From Adineta vaga (Eukaryota; Animalia; Rotifera): a DNA stretch of 64,000 bases. Within the stretch, counting starts at the first letter, position 1. Every line of letters starts with the position of its first letter. A model generated the notes under the pieces. It was not told the DNA's origin. It did not search any database and saw only the letters and a list, made by a program, of their open reading frames with translations. Positions 37,820 through 52,364 of this stretch are shown one piece after another. Made by a program: the position numbers and the translations under genes. The stretch is from assembly GCA_021613535.1 (NCBI GenBank), contig CP075493.1, positions 6,882,001-6,946,000 on the forward strand, in the 5' to 3' direction.

Positions 37820-40800
37820 AATAATAATAATAATAATAACAAAACTATTACATAGTCAAGCATAAGAATTGTTGAATAGAATGTATATATACAAGTATAT
37901 ATTGCTTCCTCTTTACAAGGTCGTTTTGGATCATCACACACATACTCTTTTCTTTTGCTGCTGGTTGTTCTAAGGATTCACTTCTTCTTCTTCTTCTTCT
38001 TCTTTTTCTCAAATCATCTACACCAATGATCGTCAATCATTATGTACACGCAACACTATAATCAACATGTACAAGGGCATATGAACAATTAACATCGAGA
38101 TCGATGAACTCAGTTATTAGAATAATGGAGTGCGCTAATGAACGAACTAACATAATGTTTTCCGTCGTCGCCTCTTATCATCTTCGTTTGCTCTCTCTCT
38201 CCTTCTCTTAAAACAAACTGTTATTCGATAATCTAGTATCACAACGTAAATGAAACATATACATATAATGAAAAAACAGAGTACATTATTTCATTGCTTA
38301 CTCGTGTGAATTGTGTTACGACGTTTGAATCACTACTCTGCATATACATGTTCATAGAAGTGTTAATCAAATAGTCTCCATCTTTCACCTGCATTACAGT
38401 AGAGATGAAATTTCTTTCTTCTTCTTCTCGACGTGCTTCTTTTTCATAATTTTGTATGGCACGCGTGTCAATCAAATAAAAGTTTTGAACACGCAAAAGC
38501 AATGCCAACTCGATCCTATCTGAGAAAATGTACTCATCGAACACGATCATCTCTCATGTACTGTTTAAATAAGTATATGAGCTACGATTACATTTCATTC
38601 TTATACATATACAGTGTAGTACAAGAAAAACTGACGAAGAAAAGGAGGATTCATACAAAATAGATTAGTACAGACAGACAAATTGACGTAATAGAGAACG
38701 GTTAAGTGACATGTTTCTTCTTCTGGAAAAAACAATTGTGACCAATCCTTTTTCCTTTTTTTTGAGGGAAATAAAAAGAATTTTACATATGACAATTAAG
38801 TAGCCAGTTACTATGTCCAGAAAAATAATAAATATACGGATGTAAATCGTCCACTGCTCTTCCTTTTTTACGTAATACTAATAATCATCGAAACAACAAC
38901 TGATGCAAAAAAGGATATTAAATATTAAAGAATAATTGATCAGTAGGTGGTGAATTCTAGCGTTAATTTATCTCTTTCATCAACACAGTTGCATCATTCA
39001 CCTGTTTCATATACGAACAAGATATCAGACAATGATATGAGAAGTTGTTCAGCTGTTGAGTATGCATCTATAGTGAAATAAGATTATGTTCTTTACCACT
39101 TGACTTCTTTAGAGAGACAAAACATACGGCACAGTTAATGTTATGCATATTTAGGAAAGCAACTAAGATTATATTGTCTAATTAAATAAAGAGAAGAGGA
39201 AAAAAAGAGAATGCCATACTACGACATATATGTTGAGGAGCCATTTGCTTAATACACAATCCAATTAACTAACTTCGAGTGAATGATGATCGTATTTGTA
39301 GTTTTATAAACTTTTTTTTTCTTTCACAAAGAGGAAATAGATGCAATGTGTAATCGTTGAGATATTTACGTTAGTTCAGTCGAGACGTAACTTATTACTC
39401 AATAAATTTATGCCAAATAAGAGAATGTCGAGACGAGTTGATATGCACAACAACAAATCATTATCATCATTAGTCGTATTCAAGCTTGATTCTTTATGCT
39501 AAAACTATAAGTAGCTTAAATGTAAACGTGATTTCGAATTGTTATTTTTATACGATAAGAATAATGAATCAGTGATTATTTCTAGTAATGTTTATGTAAG
39601 AAAACATTCTTTTAGACATCAAGTTAAGAGATTAGTAATATATACAGAGAGCAATATGATCTGTCTGAATGGACAAGACATTATGAGATATTTTGATATA
39701 TCTACAAATCAAATAAGTCTTATAATTAGACACATCTTTACTTCATATAACGATCGATCGATAAATCAGTCGAACTTTATTTCATACGAACAGGTGATGA
39801 GATTTATAGTCTCATATATGTATATATATCTAGGGAATTACGATGTATTAAAGAAGTTAACCTTCAATGTATATACTTTTTCTAAATGAAATCTCTTGAT
39901 AAAAGATGTAATTTGATATAAAATACTTTGAATATAACTTGTTTCATATCAATATATTGTTTACAAGGTTATCAAATAGAAACTAATCTATTTTATTCGG
40001 CAAATTTATTAAAAGACAAAAGATATTCTTTTAATATATTTAATTGTTCAACAAACAATTGATATTAATTTCCCAAAGCGACTAACTACTTAGATCTCGT
40101 CTATTGATAGTAAGAAAAAGAAAACAGACAGGTGTAAAACTAATCATACAAATAGATAAGACTTCCGTCAAGGTCGACATGAAAATAATCGCGAAATTAA
40201 GAAGAAAAAAAAAACCCTGTACTGATGAGATAATTTCTTCCATCAGTATTACATATTTGCATTGCGTCAAGATAAAAGGAAATCAACTAATACTCTCTCA
40301 GTCTATTGATCAAACTAAATAGAATGTCGTCAAAGCGGAAGACGTACTCTAATTACTATGCAATAGCATCATTGTTGAACAATAGAAAGTCTAAGACTGA
40401 GAACGGATGTAAAGCAATGGAATTCGATTATTTCATCGGTCAATTTTGTTTTTTTTCTTTAATTCGAATAAATGAATGGACAATGATGTAAATATTCATT
40501 ATCTTATTCGAGAAAAAGAAGAACATTCTTCAACGTACGTGAATATTTAAAAGTGCACAAAAAAGAGTTTTGCTATTCTTATCAAATTGTAATCACATGA
40601 TAAAATGAGTCAACAAAAAAAAAAGGTGTGTTTATAAGAGCATTACAATGAATGAAAAGGCATTTTGTTTGCCCCATACACAAGAAAAGAAAGGTAAAAT
40701 AACTTTTATGAGATAAAATTTAAGGTTAAAGTACTAAACATGTAGTTTTGGATTATAGGGTATTCTCAAAATCTTATGAATAGCAATCATTCAAATGATT

Positions 40801-41226
40801 ATAGGAGACGTTTTCTTCGCCTAACTTTCTTTCGATATGTAAGGAAGACAAGAGTTCGAATAATTTCGTTAACATTTGAATATAGGTGGCAGTGTTTTTC
40901 AGTTCAAATTTTACTATCTACCAATATTTGTCGTATAACAATAATAATGAAAACTAGTTTCATTGTTCTAAAATTCTTTACTAATAAAAATATTAGATTA
41001 TCATCTTCTCGAATATTACCCATTCAATATCTTCGTTCTATTTTCTAATCGTATCTAATGTATCTGTGTAAGTTCCTAAGAATTAAGAAAATGACCAATA
41101 GCATCTATCTCGTCTAGTACTAAAACCTAGGTCATTTGTTTCATTGAAATTCTCTTATCCTTTTTATTTTATTTACATTTAATCGTTCTTTCTAGAAAAT
41201 ACTATCTTCAAAGCACAATTAACAAA

Positions 41227-42934
<1,708 letters not shown>

Positions 42935-43408
42935 AAACTTTGTTTTTCTTTTTTAAATAAAACATTTCGTTTCCGTGATCATTTTCAGAAAATATATTTC
43001 ACTTTCGTTGAATACAATCCTTTCTTTAAGCTAGATAAGCCTTTCCAATAATGATATTCTAAAACAAACATTCAGATATTATTATAATTGTTTCAAACAG
43101 CTCTTTTCTTTTCACGTGCATAGACGTCCTATCAGTCAAAACAGATATCGCTCCAATGTGTACAAGTCTCAGCGGATTCTCACCACACGTCGTTTTTTGA
43201 AACAGAATAGGACGTTTCTTTTGTTATCCGACATTCTTACACAAATTACATTCTAGAATTCTTATCGAATAGAATATGCATTCGTGAATTTAGACATTAG
43301 AAGGATTCTTTTTATTATTTATGACGAAAAAACACATAAGAAAGAACAACACGAGTATGTAAAGGCTAGATTAATTTTTGAGTTTTTGAGATGAATCATC
43401 GTTTAGAT

Positions 43409-43854
43409 TCACATACGAGCAAAAAGAAAGGCACCAAGAACCATGAAGATTGTGCTAAGTGCTATTTTTGATGTGATAGCTGAGTTACATAAATTGCCTT
43501 CACAGCAAACGTTAGCCAAGTTTGAAGCGACATCAGCCTACAATAAAATGAAGTTTATTATATAAACTAAATTGGTCAATAGAACATACTTGAAAGTTGC
43601 ATCGATCTTTTCCACAGCCACGGCTAACACCAGCTACAGCTGCTAATTTGTAACATTTGGTTTCATCTGAAGCACATGTTTTGATCGTGTTAGCTAATTG
43701 TGGACAATTTGCTGCGCATACATCATGTGAATAACATTGAAGAGCTAAAGAAAATACTCATAGAAATCTGATTTGACGATGGATATAGACGTATACCTTC
43801 ATTGTAAGCAACACAGCCGAGAAGAACAATTGCGATGATGATAACTGATTTCAT
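43409..43854 (-). CDS. Small GPI-anchored Ly6/three-finger protein (10 Cys), 3 exons
   Basis: MKSVIIIAIVLLGCVAYNE|ALQCYSHDVCAANCP..TCASDETKCYK..RGCGKDRC..VCCEGNLCNSA plus hydrophobic tail. Confidence 0.85.
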
Positions 43855-44719
43855 ATTGAAAATTTGTCGAAGTTTGCTTGTTTTAACTTGTGGAAGAAGG
43901 CGTTGCTGTCTATACAGAAATGAAGGGTGTGCTCTTCTTTATATATGTTTTCGAACGAAACCAGACAGGAAAAATAGAAAACGGAGAAGGAGAGAAAGAA
44001 AGAGAATATCTATTTTCTCTCTCCCTCTCTCTATTGTTGTCGGCAGGGCATACAGTGGAACACATAAACGCTTACTGTGTTGTCCGTCGAATGCAGAAAA
44101 AAGAAAGTTGAGAGGGGTGATGAACGAAGAATATATACGTCGATAGTTAAAAGAGAAGAGGACCAGAAGAATAGAAAAGAGCGACTAGGAGAAAGTTCAT
44201 CGATTGACAATGTGAATAATCGTTAAGAATGTATTCTTGTTCAGTCTGAAAAAAGTTCATTTGTCAGCATCTATCCGATTCTATGCTAAAGAGTGTCCTA
44301 TGCATTAACAAACTGAAATCCTTCAGAAACATTGATCAATGAAAATAAGCAGTAGAATATCCATTTTCACTATTACGTAATGTGAAATCTCTGTTGAATC
44401 TAATGATATGCTTGTAAAGTACATCGTCATTATTTTTCATTCACAATTTGATTTTCAAAACGATTTGTATAAGTAATTGAACCCAAACGACTACATACTA
44501 CTTTGTCATCTAATCTGCTTCGTAAAAAAATATCTAACTATGCAAATACTCATCTCTATATCAAATATCTCCTATTCAATATAAGAGAATGCATTATTAT
44601 AGAAAAAGAAGTTGATTATTCGTTTGTTTTCATTTTATTTTTTGATAACAAATTTTTACAGCTAGATAGTTAAGAAATAAGAACAAGAGTGTTTCTTTTT
44701 GTACATTGTTAGTCGGCAT

Positions 44720-45238
44720 TTACATAAACCATTTATAAAAGAAGACAATGAAACTGCCGAAGATAATCGCCATTGTTGTTGTTTTTATTTGAATAGCTGA
44801 ATTGCAAAGATTGTTTGAACAACATACACTAGCCGTACCCATAATACTAGTATCAACTTGAAGCATACATCGATTATCACCTAAAGAAAATAATCTCCAT
44901 CTGTAGAAGTTCATACTCTATAAAGACTTACCACAGCCACGTTTTGTACCAATTGGTGAGCTAAGTTTCTTAAAAATAAAAATCATATTTAAAAAAAAAT
45001 CAAAGAGAATCTATCATATTCATACCCAACATTTGCTTTGACTTGATGCACATTCAACAATACTTGAAGATAATGTTGGACATCCACCTAAGCAATAATC
45101 ATGTTGATAACATTGAAGACCTAAAATTTAAGAGTAAATAGATATCTCATTTTGTTTATTAAGAAAGTTTTTACATTGTCCAAAATCTACACATAGAAGG
45201 GCGACAAGAAGTACACCAACAATCAATTTTGTGTTCAT
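44720..45238 (-). CDS. Small GPI-anchored Ly6/three-finger protein, tandem paralog, 4 exons
   Basis: MNTKLIVGVLLVALLCVDFGQ|CLQCYQHDYCLGGCP..ECASSQSKCW|K..RGC|GDNRC..VCCSNNLCNSA plus hydrophobic tail. Confidence 0.85.
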
Positions 45239-46427
45239 AGCGATAATCTGGAAAGAAGACAAGAATACGGACGATATATGTCAGTGTTGTAAAACTAGAA
45301 ATTTCTTTAAGTGAATAGAGAAGAATAGAAAATGTACACGTATATACGTTTTAAATGTCAGTATTGATGTATACAAATCAAGAGAGAAGAAGAAGAAAAA
45401 CAAAAACAGAGAGAGTGTGAGAGAATAGATCTTTTGTTTCATAAGTAAAAATGAAGAGCATCGATTTCATTAGCAGATAAAATTCAGATTACATTTCTAG
45501 TAGTTCGACGAATTCTTGTTTTTTGCGCAACGAGAAAAAGATAAACGCGAGGTCAAATGGAAAACACAACGTCGAAACTATCGAATTGATGAACAGCTTA
45601 TGAGGTCAGGAGGTTAATACAATGACCTTGCTCTATGAAATGACAAGCGGCAAATAACATCGAAGCATAAGAAAAAATCATATAGAAAAATAAATCTTGT
45701 TAGTACACAAAAGTTATCGAGGACATTTGATGTTCGTTTGAATGTGCTTATAAATAGTCATACTTTTACGTATTACTAATCTTTGTATACTGAAAATGTC
45801 ATTTATATTGTATTAACTTTTCTACCGAACATATTCAAGATATTTATATACAGTTGATTTCAAAACATTGATAATGATGGTGAAGATATTGACTACATTA
45901 AATACTTAATATTTTTTGTAAATTAGATTACATTATTTTACTTGTCTCACAGTCAACATTATTGGAATGTGGATTGATTAATTCTTTATAATGAGTAATA
46001 TGATCGTTTCTTTTCCGTTTCGTTTGATTAGAAAATAAATTACAAGAATGGAATCTTTCATTTCTATTTTGTTGTCTGAGAGAACAAACAATTACTTGCC
46101 ACATCTCTGACAAACAGAAAGCTGAAAACGTGTTCTTAGCGCATGACTTAATCACTGCCGACAACCATCTTGAGTGTCTAGATGAGTTATTTATACGTTA
46201 AACGTTCATTTGAAGAAAAAACTGAGTCATGCGTTTTTGTTTTAACGCATGAGTTATACTGGATAGGAAACGGTAAGGACTGATGATATTTTCATGTTTA
46301 AGAAACACGAGTAAAAGTACTCGATGATGAAAATCAAGTGTGTGACATTCGAAACAATTCTTTTATATTATCATTGTTATCGAAGTGAAATTATGAAAAA
46401 TGAAGCAAAAAATAGAGTCAACTTCAT

Positions 46428-46452
46428 AAATCAAATCAAATCAAATCAAATC
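46428..46452. repeat. (AAATC)5 pentanucleotide microsatellite
   Basis: aaatcaaatcaaatcaaatcaaatc read directly. Confidence 0.85.
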
Positions 46453-46512
46453 GTTTCTGCTTGTACATTCTAGGTGTCCACCGAAAACTAACATTGATTC
46501 ATTGTTTAAATA

Positions 46513-47279
46513 TTATAAATTGTTGAAAGTAGTTGATATTAATCCTTCAACAATTCGTCCATTTTGGAAGACATTATTTTTGTCTTTTGCATAACCTTTA
46601 TTGAGTACTTCAAATGAAAATGAATGAGCATTTGGAACAAGTTTACCCATAAAAAATACATAATGACTATCTTTACCTATAGAAAAAAGAATCAAAACTG
46701 ATCGAATGCAAAAAGTCAAGGAATACAAAGAAGAGACATACCGTAACCTTGTCCTAAGTCCATAAAATCAATCCATCGAGCATCAGTAACGTGTCCATTA
46801 TTGAAAAAAACTTTGAAATCTCGTATTTCATATGTGAGTGTATTCGAAGATACACTAGACACGGGCATTAAATGCATGGAAGCTATCGGTTGCGTGGATA
46901 TATTGCATGTTTCATCCGGATTGATTGGTGTTTGAAAACTATGAGGTTGACGATTTGCGACGATTCGTCCATGTTGGAAGACGTATCGATGATTTTTTGC
47001 ATAGCTATTGTCCATAACGTGAAAAGAGAATGGGTTGACATTTTCCATGATATGTCCCATGAAAAAAACATGACTATTATCTTTACCTATATATTATAGC
47101 GTTTTAAAAACAATAAAATAAAAGATAATACAAAACTAACCATAACCTTGACCAAGATCGATAAAATCTGACCATCTTGCATCCGGTATATGTTGATTAG
47201 CAAAATACACTTTAAAATTTCGTATTTCATATGAGAGCATTTGTGATGTAACTCCACTGCCTGTTGGTGAACAATACAT
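46513..47279 (-). CDS. DKNYY-repeat family protein (bacterial-type), two internal modules, 3 exons
   Basis: MYCSPTG..SYEIRNFKVYF..DARWSDFIDLGQGY|GKDNSHVFFMG..SYAKNHRYVFQHGR..TYEIRDFKVFF..DARWIDFMDLGQGY|GKDSHYVFFMG..GYAKDKNNVFQNGR. The Y[AG]KDxxxVF repeats are the DKNYY pattern. Introns at 47087-47140 and 46677-46741. Confidence 0.8.
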
Positions 47280-49119
47280 ATTTGATACTAACCAAAGTTT
47301 CGTAATGTATATTAATGAGCGACGAACAATCTATCGACCAAACTTACGATTGAAATATTGTGGATCTAACAGGGTAAAAAAAGTTATCTAAAAATAGAAA
47401 AAATAAGAATGTTTCTTTTTCAAATCTAAGTAGTATTCTTTGGACTATAAATCTTAGGATAAACTAATTTTACTATGACTACGCGATATATCGTTCAAAT
47501 CCTATCTATTGGACATATTGTGTAAATGTTATAGAAAACTGTATACTCTGTAGAATCCTAGATTTCTCGAAAATGCTTCGCACATACGGTAGAAATATAA
47601 ACGATTGTTTCGTCATCTGCATATTGGATAGCCTAAAGAACGACTCTTCCCTAGATCCTTGAGCCTTTGATGAAAATTCAAGGATTTATGTTTTTTTTAC
47701 GAACATGATACTATACTTTTACAAAACTAGGCGAATCGTCTCAAGCTATGACTAAAAATGAAGGGTAAAAGAACTGAATTGTAGCTACATATGATTCTAA
47801 CTGAAGAAAAGAAATTGTCTATATTATCCACAAACCGTAAATTTTCAATAATGGTCGTTTATAGTAAAGACAAAATATTTGATCATTTTGTCTAATTAAG
47901 TTGATTTATATTGTAAAATGCAAGATGTTGGTCGATATTTATATGTAATTTGTAATATTTCTAAGAGCTGTATAAATAATGTTCATATTTGCATTACAAT
48001 GCCAGAACTTGATTTAGAGTATGGGGGCGAATCATAACTTTTCAAGGTAGTTCATGCATCCACCTACAAAGATAAATAGTTAAGTACATTAAGGAAATCG
48101 ACAAAGAAAGGAAGAAAAAGAGAAGGAGAGATGTCAGCAATTAAATATTACCGATGAATATTTCATAGAATAATAGACAAAATATTTTATTTTTATTAGA
48201 AAAATTTCTTTGCTTTCTTAATTAGTAAAATGGGATGATTGACAATGACACTGCATTTGGTCGATATTTACGAGCAAAAAAAAACAGTGTACCTATGGAG
48301 AACAACAGAAAATGCACAGTTGTTATGTGTAATAGATTATAAATTGTCTTTTGTTACTGTAATTTATCGGATACAGTTTTTTTTACTAATTTTCAATAGA
48401 AATTATATGGGTGTTCTATTTCTCTTGTTTAGAATAATAATTTAGAATAAAATCTGACAGTTAATAAACCGGTCTCATTTTTTGCGTGTTCTATTAACAA
48501 CTCGTAGATTGTAACATAGTATAAGTGTACTCTTTGAGAGCATGAATGAACAAAACGGAAAATACAACAATCTTTAATATTGACTTTTAAATATATTGAA
48601 CATGTTGAGATTAGAATTTGATAGAATTCAAGCAAAGAAATTTTAATACATTAGAACATATACGAAATATGTGCGAAATTGCCATCATTATGCTATTAAT
48701 ATTTTATTATTTTGAAAATGAATATATATCGTTTTAGATAAGTGCTTTTCTGTGTTCTTTCAGTCATCATGATTCACGCGAGTAATTCGTGGTTACTTTC
48801 AATACATATATATATATATATTAATAATACAAATCAAAGACAAAACTGACTTTAATCTTTTTCATTATAAAATATCTATTTGGTACAAGAAGAACAATTG
48901 ACTTAGTTTTCAAACGATAAGAGTGTTATGTATCATACAGTTTAAGTCCATTACCATCTCTAGCGTCACCTATCAAAGTTACGCGCTATTAGCTTAATGT
49001 ACTAACCATCATTAAATATCTATTCAGTTCAGTTAGATACCTACCTTTGATTGATTAACGAATAAATCAATTGAAGATAATTGTTTTCAATCCAAATATC
49101 CTCATTTCATCTATTTTAG

Positions 49120-50560
49120 ATGTTAAAACGAACAATTTCATCAATATTCCTTTCTAATGTGACTAATCATCGATTGTTTTCATTATCAGCAACATCATAT
49201 CGAAAAATTCCTGAATATTCTCATGAATTAAACAATCGACATCGTCCATTCGGTAAATTCCATCCACGCTCACCATCATTTCAAAATCAAATGCAACAAA
49301 TTCATAATATGAACAAACAAGAAGATAATTTAGATGATATTAAACCTCAATTTAATAAATATAAAGTCACTCGATCACAATCGAAAATATCTTCCAACAT
49401 GAAAACAATAGAAGACGACAATGATAATGATTTATTTTCTGAAGAAAAAGATGATTTAACAATGCTTGGAACCGATAAAAAAGCATTGTCATCAACAATG
49501 TCGAGTCAAAGACCAACGTCAAGTGCAATTTCATTAACTAAAAAGACTAACAAGCAAGTCAATATGAAAACTCTTCTAAATATCATCCTTGTATATTTAT
49601 CTCTATTCTAGTTTAAATATTCCACTTGAAGTATTAATTCAATCTGATTTACGTGATCTATATACTGATGAAGATATTCATCAATCACTTGAACTTCATA
49701 TCAATGAAATATATCCAGCTCTTCGTCCATTTACGTTTGATTTAGCTTATTTAATCAATGAATCGGAAACATTAAAACGTTTTGTTGAAATGGGCGTTGA
49801 TATTTATCGTTGGAATCAACCTAATATCAAAGCAAAATATGTTCTTACATTGAATTTTGAACGTGATTGTGTTCAACATTTAGTTTTTCTAAATGAAATC
49901 GGTATTAAAAATAAATCTCTTGCTCAATTTCTCAGTTATAATCCTTGGATATTCAAAGAAACAATCGATGATTTGCGTGTACGTATTAATTATCTTGAAA
50001 GTAAAGGATTTAACCCTGAAAATATTCGTGATATGACTCTTCGTGCTCCATTCCTATTGAATTTAAGTACAAAAACGCTCGATACAAAATTGCATTGGTT
50101 TCGAAAAAAGTTTCATCTTACTGAACAAGATTCTCATGAATTTGTTCTTCGTGCACCGAAACTTTTAACATTACCATTACAAGATATAAGTGATACTTAT
50201 TTCAAAATGAAAACACATTTAGGTTTTGAATCAACCGATTTAACACGAATATTCAATCAATATCCAAAATTATTCATTTATGATTATAAATTAATTGAAT
50301 TAAATTTTGATTTTCTTTATAATGAAATGAATATATCTCGTCAACGTTTATTAGATTATCCTCCAATACTAAAACAAAGTTTTCAACAATTACGAACACG
50401 TTGTTTATATTTAAAATATATTAAACGTCAACAATTCGATCCAACAAAACCAAATTTTGTTTCATTGAAAGATCTCTGTATGAAAACGAACGAACTTTTT
50501 TGTCAATATGTTACGAAAACAACGTCAGAACATTATTTAAATTTCATGAAGACATTGTGA
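49120..50560 (+). CDS. MTERF3: Mitochondrial transcription termination factor 3 (mTERF domain), 2 exons
   Basis: Mitochondrial presequence-like N-terminus; LAYLINESETLKRFVEMGVD, NPWIF..DLRVRINYLESKGF, RAPKLL, QFDPTKPNFVSL. Confidence 0.88.
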
Positions 50561-50605
50561 TGATAGGAAAAGAAATAAATGATGAGGAATGTTTTCATCG
50601 AAATT

Positions 50606-51931
50606 TTATTTTCTAACTGACAAAAGAGTAAGCTGAAGAATTTCAATTGATTGCGATAGATCCTTCGCAATAGGAAGAACTTCAATCGACGATTGAACTA
50701 AAAGAAATAGAAAAATGATGTTTTTTAAATTTAGAATTTGAAAAGTTGGAATTATTTACGTAATGTTGCTCGAAATTGTTCGTAGGTTGATTCATTACGG
50801 ATAGCATTTGCAATATAGGCACAACTTGCTTTGTTATTTTGCAAAAGAATCCGAATAGTTTTCACTAGATTCTCAATTACTGACGGATCATAGACAACGT
50901 CTAAAAATAGAAGAGAAGGGTGAATGAGTATAAGAAAATATTGTACATTTACCAGCTGCTAAAACCATATCATAAGTATCTGAATTGATAGTTTCTGTTG
51001 AATAGTGATTCCAATCGAGTTCTTGAATTGTGATTTGTTTCTAAAGTAAATAGAATATGTAAAAGAATCTTGATTATTTTTATTTAACCGTGATGAGTTG
51101 CTCATCGGAAAAATTCAATAGAGCATTTTGTCGTGAGAGATTCAAAATCATGGAAGAATAATCCGTGAAAGTATACGATGAAATTCCATCGAAATATTTC
51201 AATAAAGCTAAACCGAGTAGACCCGATCCAGCACCAAGTTCAATGATGCGTCTAGAGAAGATTTGTAAGACATTTAAGAGAAATATTCAAAATGAATACT
51301 TGTTTTTCAAAAGATCTACGTTGTTCATTAGATAGTCACCAAGACAGATTGATGCCGGCCAACTGGATAGACCAGTAAGACCATGACTAAGCAAAGCAGT
51401 ACTTTGTCGATGAATAACAAATTGGTTATTATCCTAATTTTGTTGGAACGGAAAAAGAGAAGTCTATTTTGAATAATTGAACTAGATTTACCAACCAGGA
51501 TGAAAATAGTATGACACCATTCTTGTTCACACAATTCATGACTTGCAAAATCAGCGATTAGTTCATACCATCGACTATTTACTTCACAATTCTGTTGTTT
51601 TTCAAGCTATAGACAAGAAAATTGTATGAAGAATTAGATACAATCTATTCTGTATACCCAAGTAATAATTGTTTTAAGCAATATTTCTCGATATCTCACA
51701 CGAAGAGACCAAGAAGCAAACAACGGATTTTCAAATGTTTGTTCGAGTAAATATTTTTGAAATTCCTGAATATTATTATCGAATTCTAAATACCATTTCT
51801 ATTGATATATGTATACATATATGTAAATAATTGATGCAAATGTAATATACACATCAACTAACTTCGAGTATATCAGATGTTATCTTCAAACCTCGTCCAT
51901 AGAATGCAGCAGGTATATTATGAATAAACAT
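50606..51931 (-). CDS. EEF2KMT: Protein-lysine N-methyltransferase EEF2KMT (FAM86A)-like
   Basis: STALLSHGLTGLSSWPASICL, RIIELGAGSGLLGL, YTFTD, ELDW, DMVLAADVVYDP, IANAIRNESTY. Confidence 0.82.
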
Positions 51932-52364
51932 CTAGAATTTTTATAATTAAACTTGAATTGATACAGATAAACAAGATGATTTTATCCGTAGTGTCTTTCT
52001 TTACAATTGAACAGTTTGTTTCGAATTGTCGAACAGCAGTATGACAAACCTCTGATTTGATAAACTTCACTACAAATTGTTTGTGTGTAAAAACTTATAT
52101 AAAATAAAAAATATGTTAGATCAGCTACGCTGATATACATGTAATTTCCTTTTTTCTGCACAAAAAATAATCTGTTAATACATATAAAAAAATTACCAAA
52201 GAAAATAAGATGACAATAACGTTCTCGATCATTCACTTTCATCTCTCATTGCAATAGATGTACAAAACTGATTGACACCCGACACATGACAAAGAATGTT
52301 CTGAGATGAACACATCTTCTATATAAATATGTACAAATATATATCGAAAATACAAAATCAATGT

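Noticed and set aside
37848-41048. Short ORFs between UNC5 and HPD (e.g. 38239-38550, 39539-39889, 40776-41048)
   Set aside because: No recognisable motifs or coherent exon chain. They look like chance ORFs in an AT-rich regulatory spacer, and no RSPH4/6 exons were found here.
46228-46252. 8-bp inverted repeat CATGCGTT..AACGCATG as a transposon end or terminator
   Set aside because: Too short, with no partner end, target-site duplication or transposase.
46275-46330. CTGATGA..GAAA followed by a CGAGTA/TACTCG hairpin, suggestive of a hammerhead ribozyme
   Set aside because: Stem II cannot pair convincingly and there is no correctly placed U-H cleavage triplet after stem III.
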